DNA of 64,000 nucleotides from Eledone cirrhosa (Eukaryota): NCBI GenBank assembly GCA_964016885.1, contig OZ024748.1, positions 10,912,001 to 10,976,000 of the forward strand, read 5' to 3'. Shown piece by piece: positions 13,064 to 25,853 of this stretch (position 1 is its first letter; each line of letters starts with the position of its first letter). The notes under the pieces were generated by a model. It saw only the letters and a program-made list of their open reading frames with translations, ran no database searches and was not told where the DNA came from. The position numbers and the translations under genes were made by a program.

Positions 13064-14942
13064 TATATATACATATATATAACATGGGCGGGAGTGGTGA
13101 GAGCAGACCTCAGATCGCTGAAGCTCACGGTGGAGATGACAAAGGACCGTGACAAGTGGAGAGATGCTGTGCTGAATAGGACCCGTCCCACCCTTGCAAG
13201 CAGGGAAAAGCGGACATAAAATGATGATAATGATATATATATATATATATATATATATAGGGCGGGTAAAATTCCCGAGATCCATGGATGAGTTCTTTCC
13301 AGCGGTCTCTGTCCCTCATTATTGCTGTCATGTCCTGCATCTCCAACAGATGAGTGTCTGTCCTTAGGGCATCAACATATATTAACTTCGGTCTTCCTCT
13401 TCCACTATCACTCCTTAGCTATTTCTCCCCATCATTACACCCGCCATTCTAGCATTGAGTGTTCTCATCCTCACGAGAGAGAAAAAAGGAGGGGGAGGAT
13501 CGAGAGGACCACCTCAGGTGTACCACGGTATGTTTGGGGGCGACCTGCAAAAAAACAACATCCTCGAATCCCAACTGAAATATGTTCAGGATGGTCCGTA
13601 CTTTGCTGTTCAGGATTGTTCGTACAATTACAAAAAGTCATAAGTGTCTCAGACGATTTAATTGACCCCTTCCTCCAGCTCATTACTGGTACCTTATTAA
13701 ATCACCCCTAGCAGGATGAAAAACAAAGTTTAAATCTCGTAGTGATTTGAACACAGAACATAGAAGACCAGAAATAAACACTGAAAGATATTTTAGTTAG
13801 ACGCTCAACATTTTTTGAACATTACGACGCCGCCATTATTTGCAGTGGATTGGCAGTATCGGTAGAGGGTCGGACGTCATGCTTTGATGCATAGAGTTAC
13901 AGCCCTTTCCATTCTGAGTTCAAATCCCGCCGAGGTCAACTTTGCCTTTCATCCTTACGGGGTCGATAAAATAAAGTACCAGTAATGTACTGGATAATTG
14001 CTGGCCTTGTGCCAAAAGTAGAAACAATTATTTATTTAATACTAACTAGCTGAGGCACCCAAAGATCGACGAACTAAATATATCGATAATAAAGGTGTCA
14101 TATATGGAAGGAATGTCCATAATAAAGAATGCTAAGACATTCTTTACATAACTGTTTTTCATATTTGAGTAGATGTTGGATAAACTACGTACTTATTCGT
14201 CGGGCCTGCTAGAAATAGCAGTCAATTCACTCTCAAATTATGGTTACCGTTAAAAAATGTTAAGAACATATTGGACAATGTACGTAGTCACAAACTGACA
14301 AACAAACAAAAACGAGATGGTAACGGCTAGAATACCTTTGACCATACGATTTTCTTCACAGGGCTTGACCATACAGGAGTGGTCAGCCTGTACATCGATC
14401 TGATCCCAGGAGAGCCAGGAAGAAAAAAAAAAACATGAAAAAAAAATAATTGTTTCTATTTTTGGCACAAGGCCAGCAATTAATCCAGTGCATTACTGGT
14501 ATTTTATTTTATCGACCCCGCAAGAATGAAAGGCAAAGTTAACTCGGCGGGATTTGAACTTAGACCGTAAAGGGGCGTCTCTCATATACCCTCAGTTTTC
14601 AGAAAAAGCCCTCCCTACACACACACACATTATATATATATATATATATATATAGGGTAAAAAAAACGGATTACTGGTCACCGAACTATCAAAGGACAAC
14701 TCTACGCTCTACCTACCGTGTCAACCACTACTAGAGACTGAAACACTTCTCGTTATAGGCTACTCTAGCCCTGAACTAGGGAAACCCAAAACGATATATA
14801 TACAGGGTCTCCCCCTCAAAAATGTATACACACACATATAAAAAGCCGAATAACTATACTAGTTATTATTACTATATATATATATTATATTATTACTATA
14901 TATATATAATCATTTACCTTAAACGATAGCTCGTTTACTTAA

Positions 14943-14979
<37 letters not shown>

Positions 14980-15177
14980 GAGGATGATGGAGCAAACTAA
15001 CAATCATTCATATATATAATAATATAATATAATCATTTATTAAGATTTTCACAGGAGCGAGTGTACACCATTTAACAATATTAAAAGATGTGAATTTCCA
15101 AGAAATGTTATTTTTATAAACAATTTCAAAACATTACATTAATTAGAATGGAAACAAGACAAAATATTTGAACTTAC

Positions 15178-15230
15178 GGCGAAATTCCCCAAAGTTTGTT
15201 AACAAACCCGGAGAGCGACGCTTGTATCAA
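15178..15230 (-). other. Putative non-coding exon 1 of G1 (5' boundary unknown)
   Basis: GTAAGTTCAAA donor at 15177-15172 preceded by the perfect palindrome GTTTGTTAACAAAC (15194-15207). A homologous block lies upstream of each of the four genes. Confidence 0.6.
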
Positions 15231-15675
15231 AAAGGTAATTTTTCCAGCGTTAATGAGAGAACGAGGCAATATTGGATGAAATTGATTAGCAAGAGTGGTA
15301 TTTACTACGGACGAACTCCGTAATTTTAGGGGTACTGTACACTAAATGTTCTATTTAGACTTAATACTATGTTCCGAGTTCAAATTTCGCCGAACTATTT
15401 GTCTTGGTGAGGTATGGATAGAGGGAATAAACAAATATAATTAATATACAAAGCATATAAATAAATTTACAGTAGAATAGCATAACAAATATGTTTTAAA
15501 TATATACATGAATAACACTACAAATGCTTAAATAACATTATAAATTGCTCACGATATAAAGGATATATTCCTTTAATGTTGCAATATTAAAGAAAATATA
15601 AAGGAAGTGGTGAACAACCGATCCACCACCAGAGCAAAAGACAGCAGCGTCGCGAGGAGTACTGGGCAACCTCTC

Positions 15676-15882
15676 TCAGCGACGAAGGGTGCAGCCAACA
15701 GCAATGGTGCGCAGGTCTCCGTTGGGCTTGGTGAGACCAAATAACTTCACGCCGAAGAACATTGGGCGGATATAGGGAAGAAAGTTCACTGAAGAGAACT
15801 GATTCACAAACTGAGTCAGACTCTCCAAGAGCTCGAGTCCGACGTTACCGGCCGGTAAGGAGATACCATCCTTGAGGTGTTG
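15676..15882 (-). mobile_element. CRE-clade-like non-LTR retrotransposon RT fragment
   Basis: Hand translation QHLKDGISLPAGNVGLELLESLTQFVNQFSSVNFLPYIRPMFFGVKLFGLTKPNGDLRTIAVGCTLRR* matches the FFGA.L.AL.K..G..RPIAVG.TLRR motif; GC-rich island. Confidence 0.7.
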
Positions 15883-17039
15883 AGATTATAAATCTTCTCC
15901 ATTGTGAATTAGCTCTTCTCGATACCATGTGTCCTGATAAAAACTACAAATCATACCATATCGTCTGAATAACAAACTCAGTGGATAACGTAGTCAGGAT
16001 GGTCAAAACTGGAATGGCTTTCATCGTAAGGTTTTATCGAAGTCGCCAAAACGTTAAAAAAAGCAGAGGTCTGTTTACAATGTAAACTTTACATAAACAT
16101 CATCACACAAACCGCTAGAAATAGCAGACAAATCGCCCATTACATATTTGAACTTTTGATTAAAATATCATTGTAATTGAATCATTCAAACGTTATCTGA
16201 TTGAGCACTCAATACTGGTGGGTAGAGTATAAACTTTCTTAGTAGAAAAGTGAGCGATTTCGAAGTTTTAGCGTGGTCTCTTCATGTATCTGTACACACA
16301 ACCCCACGAGGGAATCCTAACTGTATCGTGCATAATCCGGTGAATCGCATGAGATATTTTCGTTCCCTTATTTCCTATTAATTTAACATTCGATCAGTCA
16401 ACACAAGCCAAATATTCAACTGACACAAGCTAATAATAATTATTAATGACAATAATCTTTAAATTTATTGCGGATTCACCCATCCACATCCAACGGAGCA
16501 TATATCATCTGAAGTTGCTGCCCATGGCTCACTACCATGCAACATCGCGCATCTCACACAGGAATCATATAACCGTCCTTTCGTACGCAGGGAGAAACCC
16601 TTCTTTGTCAACAGAGGAAGCAGATCCCTAAACTTCTTCCAACCCGTCCCTATTCTAGATACTATGGCCTCGGAACAACCCCACCTCCTCTCATATTAAT
16701 CTGATCACCTAGGCTATCAACCACTTCTATATATATGTATGTATGTGTGTGTGTATATATATGTATGTATATGTGTGTGTATGTGTGTTAAGTATTCCCG
16801 TAGAAAAGGTAAAGGAAAGAAGTAAATATATATTTATATACATATATATATCCAGAGGTAAAGGAAATAAATAAATATATATCCAGAGGTAAAGGAAATA
16901 AATAAATATATATCCAGAGGTAAAGGAAATAAATAAATATATATGTATATATATATTTATATACATATATATATCCAGAGGTAAAGGAAATAAATAAATA
17001 TATATGTATATATATATTTATATACATATATATATCCAG

Positions 17040-17120
17040 AGACTGCTAGATTTGATCTGGGACCTCAAGGATAAGGACCTGAAATACCAGATCAAATGGT
17101 CTGTTAGGAGACGTGTGGCC
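17040..17120 (+). mobile_element. Possible Penelope-like element GIY-YIG-region fragment
   Basis: LLDLIWDLKDKDLKYQIKWSV resembles the LS.HIW.LK.....Y.I.W.I motif of Penelope-like endonucleases; short. Confidence 0.4.
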
Positions 17121-17224
17121 CAACTTCCCACTCTCAACCACACCAACATACCGCATACCTTTGAGACGCACACAAACCACCAGCACTATACACTTCACCA
17201 CAATTGATTTCATCACCTCCTTTT

Positions 17225-17670
17225 GTATCACTGACGAAAGGCCGGTTATACGATGCCTGTGTGAGGTGCGCGATGCTGCATGGTAGTGAGACATGGGCAG
17301 CAGCTGCAGAGGATATGCGACGGTTGGAGAGAAATGAAGCAAGCATGCTCCGTTGGATGTGCAATGTCAATGTACATGAACGACCGAGCATGGATGTGTT
17401 GAGAGAGAAACTGTGTGTAAGAGGGATAAGTTGTAGTGTGCGAAAGAGAAGACTGCGATGGTACGGACATGGAGGATGACCGCTGGGTAAAGAAGTACCA
17501 AGAAATGCCAGTAGAAGGAAGACGACGAAAAACATGGGCGGAGGTGGTGAGAGCAGACCTCAGATCGCTGAAGCTCACCGAGGAGATGACGAAGGACCGT
17601 GACAAGTGGAGAGATGCTGTGCTGAATAGTATCCGTCCCACCCTTGCAAGCAGGGAAAATGATGATGATG
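17225..17670 (+). mobile_element. RTE LINE 3' fragment
   Basis: KGRLYDACVRCAMLHGSETWA...RRLRWYGH...DRDKWR, ending in (GAT)n. Confidence 0.85.
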
Positions 17671-17773
17671 AATTTCACCACCGTTATTTAACATTATAAG
17701 TGGCTATACATTTATTTAAATACTCACCGGAAAGTGACATAGAATAAGTCATTCAAAAGTCACGAATTGTCAT

Positions 17774-17795
17774 CTAAAACAAAAGTGTTATACTT
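17774..17795 (-). CDS. G2 last coding exon (K)SITLLF*; exon runs 17795-17728
   Basis: cttttttctttatttccag acceptor, GTGAGT donor at 17727-17722. The 68-nt exon keeps the phase 2 to 1 length seen in G1/G4 but has TAG at 17776-17774. Confidence 0.6.
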
Positions 17796-18841
17796 CTGGA
17801 AATAAAGAAAAAAGGCGAGGAATTAATTATAATATACCAATAATATGAATGGTTTCTGATTTAGGCACAAGGCCAACAATTCAGGGGGAGGGGAAAGTTG
17901 ATTAAATCGACCCCAGTGCATTACTGGACTTTATTTTATCGATCTGGTAAGGATGAAAGGCAAAGCTTAACCTCGGCGGTATTTGAACTCAGAACGTAAA
18001 GGGCCATAACTATATACTGCAGAACATGTCTGACGCTCACTGATACTGCCAATAAAATATTAATAATAAATGACTGATAAGTTTTAAAATGCCATTTCAC
18101 ATTTGAAAAGATGGTGATAACTCTGAATCATGTTGAAATATGCTGCGTAAAATAAACTTTGTTTTGTTTTATTTATCAACCTTTGCCCTTTATATATTTC
18201 TACTGCATTGTATCGGCTTTCTGAAACTTAGCCATGTATTACATATCTTACAATGCTTCATATTAACTATTATAATAATTGTTTCTACTTTTGGAACAAG
18301 GCCAGCAAATACTGAGTACATTACTGGTACTATATTTTATCGACCCCATAAGGATGAAAGGCAAAGTTAACCTCGGTGGGATTTGAACTCAGAATGGCAA
18401 GCCACAAAGCCAACACTTTGGGAGAGGGGAAAGTCGATGATGATGGTGGTGATGGTGGTGATGGTGGTGATAGTGATGATGGTGATAGTGGTGATGGTGG
18501 TGATGATGAACCCCACTCCCACACCCAGAAGGATGAAATGCAAAGTTGCTAATTGCAGGACTTGAACTCAGAAAATAGGGATCTGTGACAAAATATCATA
18601 AAGGAGTTATTGCCTGACGCTCTACCGAGACTTCTGGTTCCATTGGTGTAAAGGGACTGAAAGTACTTGACTTTCCCCTGGACTGGACGCCAGTCCATCG
18701 CAGAGTTACTCATTTTAGTTGAGTGTACTGCAGCAACAGGAAATGAAGTGTTTTAGGGAAGAACGCAATTCCAAAATATGGTAGTATCAGTATATTGGAG
18801 ATTCCAATTTGCATATTAATAATAGATTAAATGTTACATAC

Positions 18842-18905
18842 TTAACGCCTGGGTATAAAATACCAAATGGGTTGATAGTAGGCATAGCCTCCGTGAAAAC
18901 TTTAT
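18842..18905 (-). CDS. G2 second coding exon (phase 1 to 2): (H)KVFTEAMPTINPFGILYPGV(K)
   Basis: tttcag acceptor, GTATGT donor, 64 nt open; substitutions relative to G3 cluster here. Confidence 0.7.
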
Positions 18906-19339
18906 CTGAAATTTTAAAAATAATAAAAGTGAATTAATTTATAGTTGGGGGTAAAAATAGAGTTCCACCCCACTCGGTAAGCGAATGAGGGCTAGGATCT
19001 TGTTGATCAATTTGATCAATCAATGGATTATAGTGATGTTGGTGGTGTTGTGTAAAACAGTTCAATCATGATAAAGCACCAATGAGCCATATGCAAAGCT
19101 TGAATATGACCCCGACAATGTAATACACACACTCACACGCACAAACATACACACTCACACACACTCACATACACACACGCAAGCGCACACATTCATAAAC
19201 AATCCCACACACTCATACGTACAAACACATACAGTGTTCCCATAGCATTGCCATAACCTTCTATAAGAAACTCTAATCTGTGATATACTTACTTACAACT
19301 TTACTGTTTGATTGCCAACCATTACCTTTGATCATGAAT

Positions 19340-19705
19340 TTTGGGTAATGATCGAAAGAATACGATCGCGAATACAAGCGGCCGAAATGGGATTCCTCCG
19401 AAAGGTCTTTGGAGTAACGTTACTCGATAAAGTGTGTAACTCGGAGATCAGAGAATCATTCCAGCTAGAGCCACTGCTTCTCCAAATTTAGAGATCACAG
19501 CTCCGATATTATGGGTATGTGGTTAGAATATTTTATGAGCAAAACCAACCCAGACGACCCCGAGCAGCATGGTTGGATAGCATTCATGAGCTTGGCTGGT
19601 CTCGCTTGGGGATCCAGTCGGATCTGTTGGAGACGGTTGCTTCTGACAGGACCCGCTGGAAAGAGTGTTTGAGAACTCTGTCTCCAAGACCCTCTCAAGA
19701 ATAAG
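19340..19705 (+). mobile_element. Old RTE-like fragment in the intron after the signal exon, shared by G2, G3 (28580-28915) and G4 (43200-43335)
   Basis: RIQAAEMGFLRKV.GVTLLDKV.NSEIRE...SQLRYYG.V motifs; same relative position and strand in three paralogues. Confidence 0.7.
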
Positions 19706-19795
19706 TGGGCAAAGAAGGAGGTGGCTGGGAGGAGGAAGCGGAGGAGGGGCTGAAAGGAAGAGGAGGAGAAAGGGAAGAAGAAGAAGAAGACTTAC

Positions 19796-19961
19796 GCACA
19801 ATATTACAATAGCGACATTGTAGTGTTCTTCTGCGACAAACACTTATAGAATAACTTGGTGAACAAGTTGTATATTCTCTACAGCTAGGACAGCCAGCAT
19901 TAACACCAACACTGAATACAGCCATTAGAGTAAAAATGGCAACAAAAACCGTCTGCTTCAT
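19796..19961 (-). CDS. G2 first coding exon: signal peptide + 6-Cys core of an 83-aa secreted peptide (MKQTVFVAIFTLMAVFSVGVNA-GCPSCREYTTCSPSYSISVCRRRTLQCRYCNIV)
   Basis: ATG 19961, 166 nt like G1 and G4, phase-1 GTAAGT donor at 19795-19790, conserved upstream acceptor. Model: 19961-19796, 18905-18842, 17795-17774. Confidence 0.82.
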
Positions 19962-20423
19962 CTTAACGACACCTGTCTACTGAAACTTAGTCAGTGACTG
20001 TAAATATATAAATATATATAAAGAAACATACAGAGGAATAAATAAATATATAAATCAGTTCTGTGTGAGCGAATCAGGGTTCGCTCGACCTGATCCCTCA
20101 CGAAGGGAGAGCCCGTCCTACTCATGATAGCGTGGAAGATGGATCTTAAATGATGATGATGATGATGGTGACAGGGTGTCCCCCTAAAAATGCATACACA
20201 CTTAAACAACATTCTGATAAATATTGCCTGTATAGGTAATCGAAGTGCGGTTTTGGCTTGGTGCCGCAGTTGGGATTTTACATATCTCTATTACCACTCT
20301 GCATCTCCCCATGCATTGAGTACTCCCATGATTAGTGGTCTCCTCAGTCTCAGCACCGCAGACTCTATATACGTATATATATATATAATATAAAATCAAA
20401 AGATGGTTAAAAGAGTTCCATGT

Positions 20424-20495
20424 ATTTTATTATGCGCATTTCAAAAACAAATATCATCATGGGATGATATTTTTTCGTTCTCATCAGATGAAATA
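20424..20495 (-). ncRNA. Hammerhead-ribozyme-like motif
   Basis: atttcat-CTGATGA-gaac..ATATCATC ccat GATGATAT..gtttt-GAAA-TGCGCA-TA-ataaaat; palindromic stem III, stem I with one mismatch. Confidence 0.55.
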
Positions 20496-22195
20496 GGGAG
20501 ACATGATATAAAGCTTAAAAAACACTTGCGAGCAGTGAAGTATATTGATTTAACACTTCACTTACACCTTAGGTGTTAACATACACACTTTCAAGCAAGT
20601 TAATACGCTCGCAGCATTACGACGGGTGATGGCGAGGCTAAGGTGCTGAAATAACCAGGCACCCTCACAGGCATCACCTGACACCTCAGCGAGGTGAGCC
20701 GCCAATGATGACAAGAACTTCGCTGTCAGCGGCCCAACTCACATTTCTTCATAGTACTGTGTCGTTTGCTTTGTTATTTCTGTTTGCTTTTTGTGTGTGT
20801 GAGTAGGGGATTGTTTATGAGTGTGTATGTGTATGTGTTAGCCGACGGAAAATAGGTGGGCTTTGAAAAAAAAAAAAACTTTTTTTCCACAGGCGTATTA
20901 TTATGAAAACACAAACTGCTTTACTTTATTTTTAAAGGCAAATCATTCAGAAATTATTTAAATAAAACATTTTGTTTTTGTAAATAAAATTTATTTCCAG
21001 TTATCGAGAATTTCTGTTTAAGCTTATGTGGGCCTGAAATTTTTTGGACACCAAAAAATGGACCGCTTTAAGGGAAAGGTTAAGAAACTCTGGTTTAGAA
21101 AGTTTATATGAATTTGCCCTAAATTGATCTCCTCTATCAAGATGAAAATCGAAGTTTACACCTGGCGACACCCCCGCCGCTTCGCCCTGTCTGGGAGGTC
21201 AGTAGCTCTGCTTCAGTACTGACTTGGTCTATGTAGACCCGTTTTTACTCTTGCTAGGAGAGAAAAGGGAATGTTAAATGATGATGATATAGAAGACTGG
21301 ATAAATACTTGAAGATATTTTAATTAGACGCTCGACATTTTTTGAACATTACAACGATGCCATAATCGTTTGTTTCATAATAAATAATTGTTTCTACTTT
21401 AATGAAACTAAAGATATCAATAATAACGATTTCTTATAGAGAGTCAAGGCCATAATAATGATTTTTTATTTAAGTACAATTTTGTGGGGAAAGGAAAGTC
21501 GATTATATCGATTCCCAGTACTATACTGGTACTTTATTTTTTATATCGATCCTCCAGAAGGATGAAAGGCAAAGTTGACCTTCGCGGGATTTGGACAGAG
21601 CCAAGGACATAATATTGAATATCAAAATATTTTCTACGTCACCACCTTAGCATATCTAGCTAGACACCAGCCTGGCATTCAATTTGCTAGAAAACGCAGT
21701 CAGTTTCACCCTCAAATCATACTTTAAATAAAGGATTCGTGGGACAATGTAGTCACTGATATACGAAAATGGTCACGGCTAGGATATACCTTTAGTCAGA
21801 GATCTTCTCAGTTTGGAAGCTAACCTGGGGTTAAACAATAACAATAATAATATGTTTTCTGACAATTTTCTGTGAATGTCAGAAGACAGATTAATGACTA
21901 AAATATATCAACAACAGGAGGGTCAGAAAATATTAACTTTTAATCCATTATTATTTGTTATATAGGATTAATAAGTGGTGAACTTTGAAATCATAGGATA
22001 AATGAGATATGAATATCGGGGTATCTCTCCCTCTCTGTATATATATATATAGAAGAGGAAGACCAAGGTTAACATATGTTGATGCCCTAAGGACAGACAC
22101 TGGTCTGTTGGAGATGCAGGATATGGCAGCGATAATGAGGGACAGAGACCGCTGGAGAGAACTCGTCCATGGATCTCGGGAATTTTACCCGCCTT

Positions 22196-22234
<39 letters not shown>

Positions 22235-22235
<1 letters not shown>

Positions 22236-22633
22236 GATATATTAACAAATGGAAACTATATTTATAAATCCATATTTATTTCATTATACATATTTCAAGG
22301 ACACCAAGTTAAATTATGGTGTGCTTTCATCAGATAAAATATAATATAGATCAGTTTTATAAATAAATATTGACATACCCTTAAAGAATGCGATCATTTC
22401 TGTTGGAAGCTTGACATGGCAAGAACTAACAGCCTAATATCATTTAAATATCCGGGAGCTTCCAACAGAAATGGTCGCATTCTTTAAGGGTATGTCAATA
22501 TTTATTTATAAAACTGATCTATATTATATTTTATCTGATGAAAGCACACCATAATTTAACTTGGTATCCCTGAAATATGTATAATGAAATAAATATGGTT
22601 TTATAAATATAGTTTCCATTTGTTAATATATCG
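22235..22633. mobile_element. Large fold-back (~175-bp arms) of a Penelope-like terminal region, with a CTGATGA...GAAA motif in each arm; related element at ~31281-31642
   Basis: Arms are reverse complements; each carries CTGATGA-AAGcACACCA...TGGTGTcCTT-GAAA or a close variant; flanked by (TA)n. Confidence 0.7.
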
Positions 22634-22729
22634 TATTTTTACTCCAATAATTTGAGTGCTTTATACCAGTTATAAAAATATTTGCTTGTTGTATCCCAAC
22701 AATTTAAATAGAACTTCTACACACACATA

Positions 22730-22792
<63 letters not shown>

Positions 22793-22964
22793 CACACACA
22801 CACACAAACTTGAGGAATTAAAACATATCAAATATGTTAGATTTTTTAGCACAATATTTAGCAATATAAAAAAGATGAATTTTCAAGAAGTATTTTCTAA
22901 AATGATTTTAAAACATTACATCAACAAGAAGAACAAAAGCCACTAAAAACGTGTTTGAACTTAC

Positions 22965-23030
22965 GTCGAAATTCACTTGGTTTGTTTACAAACACTAGCA
23001 CGAGATAACGAGCTAGCTCTTTACACAGTC
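22965..23030 (-). other. Putative non-coding exon 1 of G2
   Basis: GTAAGTTCAAA donor at 22964-22959; GTTTGTTTACAAAC at 22980-22993. Confidence 0.6.
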
Positions 23031-23304
23031 GCTTGACATGGCAAGAAATAACAGCCTAATATCATTTAAATATCAAAATGTCCGTGGTCTCCAGCAGACA
23101 ACTTATCATGGGAAATATCTCCCGTTTGTGCTTTCTTTTTATTTCTATATGGACACACTAGAAGAGGAAGACCAAGGTTAACGTATGTTGATGCCCTAAG
23201 GACAGACACTGGTCTGTTGGAGATGCAGGACATGGCAGCGATAATGAGGGACAGAGACCGCTGGAGAGAACTCGTCCATGGATCTCGGGAATTTTACCCA
23301 CCTT

Positions 23305-23342
<38 letters not shown>

Positions 23343-25632
23343 AGTTTAGTCGCTGTTCACCCGATCATAGAAGCAGGTTATACTGGGTTACACTGTACCA
23401 GTATCAGACAGAAGCCTAACCTAACCATACTAGGGTCTAATGGGGGAGCTCGTTTAGCCACCCGCAATTCAACCATGAAGCAGGTTGCGAGATGGAATGG
23501 TTCTTCCAGCGCATCTCCCTTACCATCCTCCGGCGAAACACCTTCTCCATTCTGTCCGCCGGGGCGTGGGGCGGCCAGCACGTGGGACCCCATTTGCTCA
23601 CCATACAAAGAGATAGGGAGGGCGAGAGAGATGGGGGGGGGGTGACGGTTGGAGTTCGGCTCTTCCTTGTTCGAATACATTGCACCTGTCATTGGATCAT
23701 GTAATAATTTCATATATCTATGAAATTTTACATATCTCTGAAGAATATTCCGTTCTTTTATTCTAATATGATACGACACAATATTACTGTATCGTTGAAG
23801 GGTTCACATAATTCTACTATTTACACACATTAATATAAACTTCAAGGGCGGTGGATTGGCAGTATCGGTAGAGGGTCGGACACCATGCTTTGACGCATAG
23901 AGTTACGACACTTGCCATTCTGAGTTCAAATCCCGCCGAGGTTGACTTTGTCTTTCATCCTTACGGGGTCGATAAAATAAAGTACCAGTAATACACTGTG
24001 TAATTGCTGGCCTTGTGCCTAAAGTAGAAACAATTAATATAAACTTCAAGTAAATCTTTGTCAGTAGGTTGTACTGGGTTACACAGTACCAATAGCAGGC
24101 AGAAGATATAAGAATAATTACAAAGACCAATCACCCTCCCCTCTCTTCTGCGACACCACAGTTCTTGCCATGCCCTCCTCTTCCCGTTCTTTTTCTCCTT
24201 TCTTTCTCTCTTTTTTTTTCTATATTTCCCTATTCTTTCTTTCCTTTTGTCCTACCCCCCCCCCTTTTATTATTATTGCCGTTAATATAGTTGTCATTGG
24301 CAGTATCGGTAGAGGGTTGGACGCCATGCTTTGATGCATAGAATTACGGCCCTTGCCATTCTGAGTTCAAATCCCGCCGAGGCTAACTTTGCCTTTCATC
24401 CTTATGGGGTCGATAAAATAAAGTACCAGTAATGCACTGGTAAATTGCTGGCCTTGTGCCAAAAAAGTAGAAACAATTATAATTGTTTCTACTTTAGGCA
24501 CAAGGCCAGCAATTACCCAGTGCATTACTGGTACTTTATTTTATCGACCCCGTAAGGATGAAAGGCAAAGTCAACCTCGGCGGGATTTGAACTCAGATCG
24601 TAAAGGGACGTAACTATGCTGGAAAGCATGGCATCCGACCCTCTACCGATACTGCCAATCCACCGCCTAGAAACAATTATAATAAAAGTTTATCATTAAA
24701 AAAAAAATAAAAAAAAAAACATTACAGAAACTTTCAAAAAACTATAAATTACAGAGATAGATTGTCTTTATATCTTAGAATGATACAATTTTGCAAATAT
24801 CAGAAAGAGATCAAAATAAATATAGGGGATAGTTCAAGCTTTATTCTTCAATTTCTTGACAAAATGGTTTGAAAACATGAAGTATATTGTATGTTGTTTA
24901 ATTTTAATGGGGTTTTTTTTTATCGAGAAAATTTCAACCTTGAGGTGATGAAGACGGTATCATTAGTAATGCACTGGGTAATTGCTGGCCTTGTGCCTAA
25001 AGTAGAAACAATTATTGGACTTGAATAGTTTCAAATCAGATAAGGTTTCTATTTATTCAAGATATGGTTATAGAAATATCTATATTTTTCACAGGAATTG
25101 TGGAGGGAAAAATCTGTTAAAAAATTCCTCAGTGAACTTTTATTAAAGATAAATAAAATAAAAGATTTTTTTACAATAGGTACCAACTGGACATATTGAT
25201 TTTCTTTTTTGTGGGGAGGTTAGGTGGGGTGTGGATAAAAACTGCACGTTATAAAATAATTTATTACCACGTATATCTGGCTAATCCGTTAAGTAAAAAC
25301 AAAAATGAAGTTTTAATCATTTAAATGAATAACAGTCTTTATTAATGAAAAATATTTTCGATAATGTTTGAATAATATGAGTGGAAAAACATTATCATCA
25401 GATTGTGATGTTGTTGATAAAGTTGGTTTTGTTTAATTCAGTGACACTAATAACATCATCATCATTCCACCATCAAATATTACATATGGTGTAATGACAT
25501 TAGATAAACATTGTACAGGATGTGAAACTTTGAAACCATGTAGGGAAATAACATCTGAAATAAACAGAAAATTATTATATAAATATATATATATCAGAGT
25601 TTTGTAGCCTTCTTGAAGCATTGTTTAATAGG

Positions 25633-25800
25633 AAACACAAATTTAAATTTTGAAGACCAACACAATGCATATGGAGAATGTTAAATTGCCAAGATAACAA
25701 AAGAATCTTACCTTAAATTTGCTAAGGTAAGATTCTTTTGTTACCTTGGCAATTTAACATTCTCCATACGCATTGTGTTGGTCTTCAAAATTTAACTTTG

Positions 25801-25806
<6 letters not shown>
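25633..25806. repeat. Fold-back (~80-bp arms), duplicated at ~37998-38170
   Basis: aaattttgaagaccaacacaatgc...aagaatcttacctta and its reverse complement. Confidence 0.8.

Positions 25807-25853
<47 letters not shown>

Noticed and set aside
19695-19795. Poly-Ser/Pro tails of ORFs 19695-19961 and 28909-29196, and the tails of ORFs 8411-8653 and 43444-43668
   Set aside because: All four run through a GTAAGT donor at the same codon position; the tails are intron read-through, in G2/G3 into a (CTT)n repeat.
23378-23779. 133-aa ORF, with a copy at 36331-36561
   Set aside because: No recognisable domain; flanked by (TA)n and retroelement pieces, and the 5' part differs between copies. Probably a transposon UTR.
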